DNA of 64,000 nt from Bacteroidales bacterium (GCA_014860625.1 JACZJJ010000088.1:89443-153442); one strand, 5' to 3'; positions 48,501 to 57,012 are shown, counted from the stretch's first letter. A program made the numbers and translations. The notes: generated from the sequence alone by a model not told the origin.

Positions 48501-49839
48501 TGTATCCCCATGGCTCATAATAGGAAGGAAAAATCGATCCGTCAAAACCAATCAACAGATCGTAGTAATCGAGATTAAATACGCCGTCATTGCCATTCAG
48601 ATAGGCAGGGATAAAAATGATCTTCACTCTGTCTTCCACCCGGTTAAACAATTCGGTCTGATGGATAGCCTGCAGAACTTTATCGTTCTCCGGCTCATGA
48701 AGTCCATGCGTGAGATACTCCTGTTGAAGAGGATTTGTAAAATCGTGCTTTCCCATCCTGGCGAGCAGATCCTGCCGGGGTCCTGACTGATAAGCAGGAA
48801 CTGCAATAAACGCGACAATCGGGGCTCCCAGCTTCTCATGGGCATTTAATTTACCCATGACATCAATAAACAAGTCGATCCCCTTGTTGTGAAACTCGTA
48901 TCTTCCGCTGGTGATGATGAGAATACTCTCTCTGGAAAGCTCCTGATTCAGGAGCCCTTCAGCCACTTCAAACAACTTTTCCCGGGCAATATCCCGTTTC
49001 GCATAATAGGCCTCTTTTGCCGGCACAAAGGAATCTTCGAAACCGTTAGGAGTGACCACATCTACCCCTTTCCCAAGAAACTGGATGCACTCATTGTCGG
49101 TTATGCTGCTGACGGTGGTGAAGCAATCTGATTCACGTGCAGCCAACTTTTCGAGGGAATATTTTGAAACCACGCCAAAACGGTGAGCGATTTCATTCCC
49201 GTCATACACGGAGAGGTCGTTGTACAGTGGAAGCCCGTTTCCCGCAATACACCGGCCAATTACAGTGGCATGGGTAGTAAAAACAGTACTTACCTGTGGC
49301 ACCTCTTCCTTAAGGTAAAGAACTCCCGTTCCTGTCATCCATTCGTGGAACTGGGCAACAATTTTATCCTGGTGTGAGAGGTTGTAATTGTAAAAACTCT
49401 CAATGATTTTGGCAGCTGCATAGCCGAAAAGTGCGGGTTCCAGGTAATCCCATCCTCCGGGAAGTGAGTCAAGCTTGTAGCTTTCCCAAAATTTAGACAG
49501 GATGGCGTCTTTCTCGGTAAAAAAGTTGGTAAAGTCGACCAGAACGGCAATCGGGCGGCCGCTGATGTTCCATCTGCCAATTTTTATGCGAAGCCCTTCC
49601 TTTTCTGCCTGCTGGCGCCACGATTTATACAAAAACTTATCCTCCTGAAACAATGGATTTTCATAGGTCTCCTTCCAAACATCCGGCCCTATAAGAATAT
49701 AATTGTCTTTGAACTCGTTAACCAGTGTCAATGCTTTGGTAGAGATCACTGTATAGATCCCACCTATTTTATTGCACACCTCCCAACTGGTCTCGAAAAG
49801 GTAGTCGGGATTGACAACCCGTTGTTCTTTCATAGCCAT
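45586..49839 (-). CDS. Fusion protein: N-terminal GT3 (eukaryote-type) glycogen synthase plus C-terminal GT35 alpha-glucan phosphorylase
   Basis: 1417 aa. N-terminal LFETSWEVCNKIGGIYTV and PSYYEPWGYTPLES match the GT3 glycogen synthase pattern (about aa 1-545). About aa 590 onward has LARNLWWSW, YFSMEYGLH..SGGLGLLAGD and the PLP-lysine motif EASGTSGEKAIMNG of GlgP-type phosphorylases. Confidence 0.85.
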   Translation of the reverse strand: MAMKEQRVVNPDYLFETSWEVCNKIGGIYTVISTKALTLVNEFKDNYILIGPDVWKETYENPLFQEDKFLYKSWRQQAEKEGLRIKIGRWNISGRPIAVLVDFTNFFTEKDAILSKFWESYKLDSLPGGWDYLEPALFGYAAAKIIESFYNYNLSHQDKIVAQFHEWMTGTGVLYLKEEVPQVSTVFTTHATVIGRCIAGNGLPLYNDLSVYDGNEIAHRFGVVSKYSLEKLAARESDCFTTVSSITDNECIQFLGKGVDVVTPNGFEDSFVPAKEAYYAKRDIAREKLFEVAEGLLNQELSRESILIITSGRYEFHNKGIDLFIDVMGKLNAHEKLGAPIVAFIAVPAYQSGPRQDLLARMGKHDFTNPLQQEYLTHGLHEPENDKVLQAIHQTELFNRVEDRVKIIFIPAYLNGNDGVFNLDYYDLLIGFDGSIFPSYYEPWGYTPLESLAFHIPTITTTLAGFGQWVKDLFPSVKECISVVERTDTNASEVVDEMVKNVILCSNKTEKEIIKIRIKAYEISRSALWKNLIIYYKEAFSRALEKSELRADKFRSKQPQAIAPKITAIDDIKPEWKKVLVQQRIPENLDGLERLARNLWWSWNYEGSELFEQINHDRWYELKFNPVALLESLNYEELQALSSNEKFVARLRKVLAKFDSYLAQGEEKPKEMIAYFSMEYGLHDTIKIFSGGLGLLAGDYLKEASDSNVNMVGIGLLYRYGYFRQSLSLFGDQIATSFPQKFTHLPLNPIRDENGNWLKVSLVLPGRTLYAKIWRVDVGRIPLFLLDTDIEENIESDRSITHQLYGGDQEHRLRQEILLGIGGIRALDALGMKPNLFHSNEGHSAFIGLERMRKFIQNERLTFLQAVEVVRSTTLFTTHTPVPAGHDTFPEDLLRRYLAHFSDHLNIKWDQFMNLGRMVENDPNEKFSMSVLAANFSQEINGVSKIHGRVSREMFAKLYTGYYPDELHIGYVTNGVHYPTWTSKSWQQLYLKVFGEAFLKDQSNPEFWKKIHSVDDETIWNTKLKQKNQLSEYLLKRVYDDMTRRNENPKVMFKIRESLPKNAMTIGFARRFATYKRAHLLFSNLDRLSRIVNNEERPVQFIFAGKAHPHDKAGQDLIKRIFEVMHLPDFLGKILFVENYDIELAKYLIRGVDVWLNTPTRPLEASGTSGEKAIMNGVINFSVLDGWWAEGYRKNAGWALREEETYDNAQFQDELDAETIYTVLEEEIIPLYYQRDSKEVPVEWVSYIKNTISEIAPHFTMKRQLDDYFERYYNRMLKRSKVIIGKNYEMARHIASWKRKVMRGWDSIEVLSVKTPDSTQKPLELGQTFKAEIILDLNELSGTDIGIEVLFGKKVNDVVKEPIFIREMQLEKAERNIVSFTCDIALNQAGVYDYVFRLFPKNPLLPHRQDFHLVKWI

Positions 49840-49852
49840 ATCTTACTCCTGG

Positions 49853-51235
49853 TTATTTTTTTGTTGTTTTCCCTGGTTTTTTTGTTGTATTCTTCCCGGA
49901 TGTCGCTTTTACTGGCTTCGTTGAAGGAGCGGTTTTCTTTGGGAGAGTCGCTTTCTTCGCAGTGGGTTTCTTTGCAGGTGGTTTTGGTTCAGCCTTTGGC
50001 ACCGGTTTTGGTTTTGGGTCAGACAATTGCTGAGGTTCCGGCACTGATTCATTTCCTTCTTCTACCCGAATGGTAAAATCGGAAAGTACATTCATATAGT
50101 TTATGAAGGCTTCATAGGGGGATGCGTAGGGGTTGAAATATTTGTGAACTTCTCCGTCTGAGAACCATTTTGTACACATATAGTAGAAATGATCGCTTGT
50201 TTGAAGGCGTTCCCAATCCCGGAGAACATCCGGCCGGTTACAGCGCATCACGGCATCTCTGATATCATACAATTTTCTGAATGCTTCATCCTGAAGCTCA
50301 TTTCCCAGCCATGCGGTAAGGTCTTTCTCCTCATCGGCCCAGGAAATGGGGTATAACACAGTAACGGGTGCAACGGGCTGGAGCTGTTTACTCACCTCTC
50401 CAGGCGTGGAAAAGCGGTATGGGGAATGAGAGAGCACGTTTCGCGGAAGGTTGTAGAAAAAATCAAAGATGCCTGTCTCTTTCCACTGTTGTTCACCCAG
50501 GGTCTCATAATTCAGGAAGAGGTTAATCACCTCCTCGTTCGTCGGAATGTTATTCATCCAGCCAACGAACTTCTCAGCGGTGATGGGCCATTCAGACCAA
50601 GCCCTGTTGGAGAAACGGAAAATGATGTCATCGCTCAATCGGAAGTTGCGAAGGAGCAGTTTCAGTTTTGGATTCACCGCACTGAAGTAGAGAAAATTCG
50701 GGCTTTTCCATCCAAGGACATGCTTGGCACCCTCTGTCAAGAGTGTGGTGAAACCTAAATCGGCTACAATTTGACCGATATCGTCGCTGAAGATAAGCTC
50801 CGTATTCCTGAAAGTGGTCGGAGTCTGATTAAACAGGTCATTGATCCGGTCGCGGTGTTTGATGACTTGCCTGATAAACTCTTCTCTATTGCCAAGAGAG
50901 GCCAGTGAGTGTGAATAGGTTTCGCCTGTAAACTCAACACAGCCTGTTGCCGCAAGTTCCTGAAATCCATGAATCACTTCGGGAGCATACTGCAGCAATT
51001 GTTCCAACGCCGATCCCGAGATGCTATAGGTCACTTTGAATGCTGTACCAAACTCTTTGATCAGGTCGAGCATCATTTTATTGGCGGGAAGGTATGACCT
51101 TTCAGCTACCCTTCGAATAATATGCCGGTTCTGGTAGTCATCATAATACTGGTGATCCTGACCAATATTAAAAAACCTGTAGGTACGTAACCTATAAGGC
51201 TGATGGACCTGAAAACAAAGATTGACGAATTTCAT
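49853..51235 (-). CDS. Glycoside hydrolase family 57 protein with a Lys/Pro/Thr-rich C-terminal tail
   Basis: 460 aa. The N-terminal MKFVNLCFQVHQPYRL is typical of GH57. The last 60 or so aa are PKPKPVPKAEPKPPAKKPTAKKATLPKKTAPSTKPVKATSGKNTTKKPGKTTKK. Confidence 0.75.
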   Translation of the reverse strand: MKFVNLCFQVHQPYRLRTYRFFNIGQDHQYYDDYQNRHIIRRVAERSYLPANKMMLDLIKEFGTAFKVTYSISGSALEQLLQYAPEVIHGFQELAATGCVEFTGETYSHSLASLGNREEFIRQVIKHRDRINDLFNQTPTTFRNTELIFSDDIGQIVADLGFTTLLTEGAKHVLGWKSPNFLYFSAVNPKLKLLLRNFRLSDDIIFRFSNRAWSEWPITAEKFVGWMNNIPTNEEVINLFLNYETLGEQQWKETGIFDFFYNLPRNVLSHSPYRFSTPGEVSKQLQPVAPVTVLYPISWADEEKDLTAWLGNELQDEAFRKLYDIRDAVMRCNRPDVLRDWERLQTSDHFYYMCTKWFSDGEVHKYFNPYASPYEAFINYMNVLSDFTIRVEEGNESVPEPQQLSDPKPKPVPKAEPKPPAKKPTAKKATLPKKTAPSTKPVKATSGKNTTKKPGKTTKK

Positions 51236-52512
51236 AATACTGTTTTATAAACTTCAACAATGTTGAATGCCGCATTTTCCCACTTCAAGTTATCCACCTC
51301 CTCTTTTCCATATCTGGCAAACATTTTTTGCAATCCCTGGTAATGAAGAATTCCATAAATGGCATCAGCCATGGCATCAATATCCCAGAAATCAACTTTT
51401 ATTGCATGTTGTAACACTTCCGAAACTCCTGATTGTTTGGAGATGACTACCGGAACATTGGAGCGCATAGCCTCAAGTGGTGAGATCCCAAAAGGTTCTG
51501 AAACGGAAGGCATCACATATACATCGCTCATGGCAAACATGGTATCCACCTCAGGGCCATCCAGAAATCCGGTAAAGTGAAATCTTGTGCCCATTTTCAA
51601 TTTCGCAATACGACGTACCATCCTGTGTAACAGGTCTCCCGATCCGGCCATCACAAACCTGACATTCCTGTCTCTTTTCAGCACTTTATGGGCGGCTTCA
51701 ACGAAATAATCAGGACCTTTCTGGTAGGTAACGCGACCGAGGAACGTGACAACCTTCTCCTTTACATGCTTACTAACATTTGTCAGATCAGGGCGATCGG
51801 AGGGTTCAACGGCATTGTGAACGGTATATACTTTCGTGGGATCAATTCCGTATTTCTCAATAACTATTTGCCTGGTAAGATTACTCACCGTGATAATCCG
51901 GTCAGCCTCCTCCATCCCTTTCTTCTCGATTTCAAATACCGAGGGATTTACATTCTCTCCAGACCTGTCAAATTCAGTGGCATGCACATGGATAACCAAC
52001 GGTTTACCGCTGATATGTTTGGCTGCAATGCCAGCAGGATATGTTAGCCAGTCGTGGGCATGAATCAAATCAAACGTATTCTGACTGGCGATTGAAGAGG
52101 CAATCAGCGCGTAGCGTGAAACCTCCTGCATCAGATTCTTTCCATACTTTCCTGAGAATTTAAAATTCCGGGAAAACACCGACTTTTGCCGCTCCGTTTT
52201 ATGAAGTTCTTTCGATTCAACCAATGTTTCAAATTCCTCTTCTCCTACATAGGGTATCAGGTTTGAACCAATCTCCATATACTTGATCTTGTTCCAGAAC
52301 TCCTGGTGTTCGCTCTCCATGAAGTCCATCGTCACATCACTGGCGTTAAGCAACCTGAACCCCTGATGCGATTCATCCCCATAGGCCTTTGGCACCACAA
52401 AGATGACCTCTGTTCCAAGTTTGACCAATCCTTTGGTCAACCCGAAACAAGCTGTCCCCAGGCCGCCGGTTATATGGGGAGGGAACTCCCAGCCGAACAT
52501 TAAAACACGCAT
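51232..52512 (-). CDS. GT4-family glycosyltransferase (glycogen-synthase-like)
   Basis: The ORF track starts at a TTG at 52518; the ATG at 52512 gives MRVLMFGWEFPPHITGGLGTAC. GT-B C-terminal motif SEPFGISPLEAM. ATGA overlap with the GH57 gene. Confidence 0.8.
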   Translation of the reverse strand: MRVLMFGWEFPPHITGGLGTACFGLTKGLVKLGTEVIFVVPKAYGDESHQGFRLLNASDVTMDFMESEHQEFWNKIKYMEIGSNLIPYVGEEEFETLVESKELHKTERQKSVFSRNFKFSGKYGKNLMQEVSRYALIASSIASQNTFDLIHAHDWLTYPAGIAAKHISGKPLVIHVHATEFDRSGENVNPSVFEIEKKGMEEADRIITVSNLTRQIVIEKYGIDPTKVYTVHNAVEPSDRPDLTNVSKHVKEKVVTFLGRVTYQKGPDYFVEAAHKVLKRDRNVRFVMAGSGDLLHRMVRRIAKLKMGTRFHFTGFLDGPEVDTMFAMSDVYVMPSVSEPFGISPLEAMRSNVPVVISKQSGVSEVLQHAIKVDFWDIDAMADAIYGILHYQGLQKMFARYGKEEVDNLKWENAAFNIVEVYKTVL

Positions 52513-52538
52513 ATTCAATTTAAGATTTATTAACCCTT

Positions 52539-52628
52539 TTCACGACATTCACGCTATTCACGTTATTCACGCTATTCACGCTATTCACGTTATTCACGTT
52601 ATTCACGATATTCACGCTATTCACCCTC
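52539..52628. repeat. Tandem 9-bp repeat array, 10 units (TTCACGNTA on +; TANCGTGAA on the coding minus strand)
   Basis: Read directly: ttcacgaca, ttcacgcta, ttcacgtta, ttcacgcta x2, ttcacgtta x2, ttcacgata, ttcacgcta, ttcaccctc. It begins inside the last codons and TAG of the debranching-enzyme gene and ends about 26 nt before the GT4 ATG. Confidence 0.9.
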
Positions 52629-54569
52629 CTCATACTCTTTAATCAACTCATCCACCCTGAGAATCTCGGCGACAGAAGATGCCTGAGAGATAGCTCCTCT
52701 CGGTGTATGCGGAGGATCGCCATCATAGATCTCGGAGATTGTCCCCACCCCATGCTCCGTCACGGTCTGACTGAATTCTTCGTAGTATCCTTTAATAAAC
52801 GAGAGTCCGCTTTTCCCATGAATCCTCAGATATCCCTCAGCAAAGTGCCCGAACAGCCAGGGCCAGACCGTCCCCTGATGATAGGCCTGATCCCGTTGAG
52901 TCTCATCACCGAAATAGATCCCCTTATAGGCAGCACTTACCGGTGTAAGCGTTCTCAATCCGCGGGGGGTCAACAACTCCTGTTTGATCTTGCTAAGTAC
53001 CTTTTTTCGTATCTCTTCACTAACAGGACTATATGGCAGGGATGTGGCAAAGACCATATTCGGGCGAACAGACCAGTCAATGTATTCACCATCTACATAA
53101 TCGGAGAGATACCCTTTGTCTTCATTCCAGAATGTCTCCAGAAACGCCTGGGGGATCTGGCCGGCAATCCCGGTCCAACGATCCACAAAATCAATATCTC
53201 CCGCTTTTCTGGCAAGTTCCAGGCTGAACATGATGGCATTGTACCACAACGCGTTAACTTCAACAACCAGTCCGACCCGTGGGGTTACCGGTTTCCCGAA
53301 TACCATGGCATCCATCCAGGTAAGTGCCATTCCGGGCATGCCGGCATAGATCAATCCATTGGATTCCATGTGAATATGGAAGGCCGTTCCCTCCCGGAAG
53401 CCGTCAAGTATTTGCTTTATACTTGATCCGTACTCTTTCCAGATCTCTTTGAGCCGACCTGTTTTCAAGGTATACTGCTGCAGTGTCCAGAAGAACCACA
53501 AAGGTGTATCCACGCTGGTGTATTCTGTCTTTCCACCAGATCTGGTGTTGGGAAATAGCGGCCCGTCGAGTTCCTTGATCATGGTGTCAATCACCGCCTT
53601 GCATGTTTTCACATCGCCATTGGCAAGCGTTAACCCCGGAAGAGAAATGAATGTATCGCGTCCGCCTCTTCCAAACCATGGAAAACCGGCAAGCATATCT
53701 GTTTGACTCCCACGCTTGACGATAAATTGCTGGGCGGAATTGACCAGGCAGTTTTCAAAGGTGTTTCTGGGAATCCTTCGCTTCAGTTCTGCTGTGTATA
53801 ATTTTTTAATCGCGGCAGGAGCGATGGCTGAAATACCTGCCGAGAAACAGACAGACTCTCCTGGTTTGATATCAAATTCAAAGAAGCCAGGGACAAGAAG
53901 ATCTTCCAGGTAAGCATAACCTCTGTCCATTTCCTCCTGATATTCAATGTTGTAATACCAGTCAGGAGCATGTGTATATTCATTCTGTTTGGATATCTGC
54001 ATAAAAAGATCAGTATATCCGTGATAAAGTTTCATCCGGATGCCTCCATCCACCTTCTCGTACTTCTTATCTGCGAAAATATTCTCTTTGCTAAGAGCGT
54101 GTATATTCCTGAATGCCAGGAATGGACGAAGCCTGATGCGGGTGCCCGAGTTGGCCTCAACAAGGGTATACCGTATGATGATCCTGTCTTCGCTGGATGA
54201 GAATATCATCTCCTTGGAAAGGATGACCCCTCCTACCCGGTACAGAAGCTGCGGAACCTCCATGGCCGAAAAGTCACGTACATACTTATGTCCCTTTGGG
54301 TTGTAGGTACCTCCCTGGTATTTACGAATGCCCAGGTTGAATTCGGCATCCTGCTGGATGATCGTCTCATCGAGGGAGGAGAGCAAGACATGATTTTCTA
54401 GATCGATGCCGGGTTGAGGTGTAACCAGCATGCCGTGGTACTTCCGTGTATTGCAGTTGATAATGGTGGAACTGGCGTAGGAGCCTGCCCGGTTTGACCG
54501 GATCATTTCCCTGCGAAGTGAGTACTCAAGGTTTACCAGCTGATTTTTATCGAATTTGATATAACTCAT
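52617..54569 (-). CDS. Glycogen debranching enzyme family protein (amylo-alpha-1,6-glucosidase, GDE_N plus GDE_C)
   Basis: 650 aa. GFPWFGRGGRDTFISLPG and (alpha/alpha)6-barrel-type C-terminal motifs (YHQGTVWPWL). Confidence 0.8.
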   Translation of the reverse strand: MSYIKFDKNQLVNLEYSLRREMIRSNRAGSYASSTIINCNTRKYHGMLVTPQPGIDLENHVLLSSLDETIIQQDAEFNLGIRKYQGGTYNPKGHKYVRDFSAMEVPQLLYRVGGVILSKEMIFSSSEDRIIIRYTLVEANSGTRIRLRPFLAFRNIHALSKENIFADKKYEKVDGGIRMKLYHGYTDLFMQISKQNEYTHAPDWYYNIEYQEEMDRGYAYLEDLLVPGFFEFDIKPGESVCFSAGISAIAPAAIKKLYTAELKRRIPRNTFENCLVNSAQQFIVKRGSQTDMLAGFPWFGRGGRDTFISLPGLTLANGDVKTCKAVIDTMIKELDGPLFPNTRSGGKTEYTSVDTPLWFFWTLQQYTLKTGRLKEIWKEYGSSIKQILDGFREGTAFHIHMESNGLIYAGMPGMALTWMDAMVFGKPVTPRVGLVVEVNALWYNAIMFSLELARKAGDIDFVDRWTGIAGQIPQAFLETFWNEDKGYLSDYVDGEYIDWSVRPNMVFATSLPYSPVSEEIRKKVLSKIKQELLTPRGLRTLTPVSAAYKGIYFGDETQRDQAYHQGTVWPWLFGHFAEGYLRIHGKSGLSFIKGYYEEFSQTVTEHGVGTISEIYDGDPPHTPRGAISQASSVAEILRVDELIKEYEEGE

Positions 54570-54649
54570 ACGATGCGATAGATGAAAGGAATTGCAAATT
54601 TACAATAATAGCAGCATTTTACGTTCTAATTATTGTCATTGAATATAAC

Positions 54650-54657
54650 TACTTTTG
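54650..54657 (+). promoter_or_regulatory. Candidate -7 promoter box (TACTTTTG), 4 nt upstream of the ATG at 54662
   Basis: TACTTTTG-cggc-ATG, an exact TAnnTTTG match. Confidence 0.4.
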
Positions 54658-54661
54658 CGGC

Positions 54662-56071
54662 ATGATATTGATTCGGAAATATTTGCTCTTCTTCCTCCTT
54701 GCAGGAGTGCTGTCGATTTCTTACTCCTGTAAGAAGAAGGATAAGATCGATACAGATCCCTCTTTGAGGCTTAGTTTTTCATCCGATACTGTCTTCTTCG
54801 ACACGGTATTCTCCACCATTGGCTCTGTCACACAGCGATTGATTGTATACAATGACAATGACGGGATGCTGAACGTTGAGCAGATCCGGCTGGCCGGTGG
54901 GGATGCATCCAACTACCGTATGAACATTGACGGTGATCCATCCCTGTTTGTCAATAACATAGAAATTCCAGGGCACGACAGCATTTTCATATTTGTGCGT
55001 GTAACCGTCGACCCCAACAATCAGAACACACCTTTTGTGGTCGCAGACTCCATTCTTTTTTCTGTGAACGGGAGCCTGCAGGATGTCAACCTTGTCTCAT
55101 GGGGTCAAAATGCACACTTTTTCAACAAGGCTAACCTACAGGGGAACCTCGTCTGGGATAGCCTTCTCCCCTATGTTATCTATGGATCCCTTCGAATTGA
55201 CACCTCCTCTTCCCTTACTGTTATGCCGGGATGCAAACTCTATTTTCATAAAAATGCCTACCTCTCGGTTTCTTATGACGCCTCTCTGAAAGTGTATGGG
55301 AACCTCGAGCACCCTGTAAGGTTTCAGGGCGACAGGTTAGATCCTTTTTATAAAGATCTTCCCGGCCAGTGGACCGGAATTCTCCTCGAAAGCGGATCAA
55401 AGGAGCACGTGATCAACTATGCCATCATCAAGAATGGGGTATTCGGCATCCTGATCGATGAACCCCGTCATCAAACGAATCCGATGCTCCTTCTCGACAA
55501 CTCCATCATTCAAAATACCACGGCCGATGCAATCTTCGCATTCGCTACATCCATCACATCAACAAACTGCATTCTGGCTAATTGCGGAGGATCAGCCCTA
55601 TGGGTTGAGAATGGCGGCAGCTATGATTTCAGGCAGCTAACCATTGGAAATTTCTGGGGGAGTTCCGTCAGGGTTGCCCCTTCGCTCTACATCAGGAATC
55701 ATTCGTTCGACACTACCGGCGGACAAGCGCCCGGGCCATTGACCAACACGTTTTTCGGGAATACGATCATTTATGGATCTGATCCCAATGAGATCGAATT
55801 TGATGAAATGGAGGGCGTGCCTTTTGAGATTGTCTTTGATCACTGTCTTTTGCGAACACAATCACCGATAACGGATCCACAGCGGTACATCAGTTGTTTT
55901 GCAAACGAGGATCCCCTGTTTGTGGATCCTGCCCAGTTTGATTTCCAGATTGATTCCCTCTCTCCGGCTATCGGGAAGGGAGTTCAAATGGGCGTACCTT
56001 TTGATATCGAAGGTGTTGACAGAGGCACAACCCCCGATCTTGGGGCCTACCAATGGGTGCCTGTAAGGTAG
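54662..56071 (+). CDS. Lipoprotein with predicted right-handed beta-helix repeats (function unknown)
   Basis: 469 aa. Lipobox LSISYSC. Repeated short I/V-x-N-x-I/F segments (INYAIIKNGVFGILID, LDNSIIQNTTADAIFAF, TNCILANCGGSALWVENGG). Confidence 0.5.
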   Translation: MILIRKYLLFFLLAGVLSISYSCKKKDKIDTDPSLRLSFSSDTVFFDTVFSTIGSVTQRLIVYNDNDGMLNVEQIRLAGGDASNYRMNIDGDPSLFVNNIEIPGHDSIFIFVRVTVDPNNQNTPFVVADSILFSVNGSLQDVNLVSWGQNAHFFNKANLQGNLVWDSLLPYVIYGSLRIDTSSSLTVMPGCKLYFHKNAYLSVSYDASLKVYGNLEHPVRFQGDRLDPFYKDLPGQWTGILLESGSKEHVINYAIIKNGVFGILIDEPRHQTNPMLLLDNSIIQNTTADAIFAFATSITSTNCILANCGGSALWVENGGSYDFRQLTIGNFWGSSVRVAPSLYIRNHSFDTTGGQAPGPLTNTFFGNTIIYGSDPNEIEFDEMEGVPFEIVFDHCLLRTQSPITDPQRYISCFANEDPLFVDPAQFDFQIDSLSPAIGKGVQMGVPFDIEGVDRGTTPDLGAYQWVPVR

Positions 56072-56077
56072 GATTAT

Positions 56078-56953
56078 CTATGTTTTTTTCAGAGCTTTTC
56101 GCAATGTGGAACCAATGTCGGCCGGCGAATCAGCAACAAATACTCCGCATTCATGTAATATCTCCTTTTTAGCCTGAGCCGTATCGGCTTTTCCGCCAAC
56201 AATAGCGCCCGCATGGCCCATGGTCCGACCTTTCGGAGCAGTAGCCCCGGCGATGAAACTTACCACCGGCTTCGTGCCATTCTCTTTGATCCAGTATGCC
56301 GCATCGGTCTCCATATTTCCACCAATTTCACCGATCATTACGATGGCTTCGGTTCCCGGGTCAGCCATGAAGAGCTTCATGGCATCGCAAATCGTTGTTC
56401 CGGGAATGGGGTCGCCACCAATACCGATAACTGTAGATTGACCCAATCCGGCTTTTGTAACCTGGTCGACGGCTTCGTAAGCAAGGGTTCCACTACGCGA
56501 GACTACTCCAATCGTTCCTGGTTTATGAATAAACCCTGGCATGATGCCAATTTTCGTATCCGGAGGAGTGATAATCCCAGGACAGTTGGGGCCGATCAGA
56601 TGAATGCCCTTTTTGGTGATGTAATCTTTCACCGGAATCATATCGTTAACAGGGATCCCTTCCGTGATACAGACAATCACTTTGATGCCTGCTTCGGCGG
56701 CTTCTGCAATGGCATCAGCAGCAAAAGGAGGCGGAACAAATATGACCGAGACATCTGCATTTGTTGCTTTTACAGCATCTGCAACGGTGTTGAATACCGG
56801 TCTGTCGAGGTGCATTTGCCCCCCTTTCCCGGGTGTTACCCCACCCACGATGTTGGTTCCATATTCAATCATCTGTGCAGCGTGGAATGAACCTTCACTG
56901 CCGGTAAAACCCTGGACAATGATGCGGGAATTTTTGTTGACTAGAACACTCAT
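56078..56953 (-). CDS. sucD: Succinate--CoA ligase subunit alpha
   Basis: 291 aa. [20 protein letters not shown] and phosphohistidine loop MGHAGAIV. No sucC is adjacent. Confidence 0.95.
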   Translation of the reverse strand: MSVLVNKNSRIIVQGFTGSEGSFHAAQMIEYGTNIVGGVTPGKGGQMHLDRPVFNTVADAVKATNADVSVIFVPPPFAADAIAEAAEAGIKVIVCITEGIPVNDMIPVKDYITKKGIHLIGPNCPGIITPPDTKIGIMPGFIHKPGTIGVVSRSGTLAYEAVDQVTKAGLGQSTVIGIGGDPIPGTTICDAMKLFMADPGTEAIVMIGEIGGNMETDAAYWIKENGTKPVVSFIAGATAPKGRTMGHAGAIVGGKADTAQAKKEILHECGVFVADSPADIGSTLRKALKKT

Positions 56954-56956
56954 TTT

Positions 56957-57012
56957 GAATTACGAATTACGAATGAAGAATTACGAATGAAAGTTAGAAG
57001 TTAGAAGGACGA
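56957..57012. repeat. Tandem array with 7-bp period (8 units: GAATTAC x3, GAATGAA x2, AGTTAGA x2, AGGACGA) in the sucD upstream region
   Basis: Read directly, starting 4 nt upstream of the sucD ATG. It shares a 23/24-nt block with 41399-41422. Confidence 0.8.

Noticed and set aside
52707-53426. Long antisense ORFs opposite well-supported genes. Examples: 52707..53426 (239 aa), 56213..56890 (225 aa), 46210..46833 (207 aa), 29225..29842 (205 aa), 22330..22893 (187 aa), 16456..16980 and 19223..19747 (174 aa each), and 9249..9755 (168 aa).
   Set aside because: Each is fully or mostly embedded antisense to a gene with strong family motifs. Their translations are low-complexity or Arg/Ser/Gly/His-rich with no recognisable motif and no promoter box at their starts. 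This is typical of frame -1 open stretches caused by codon bias.
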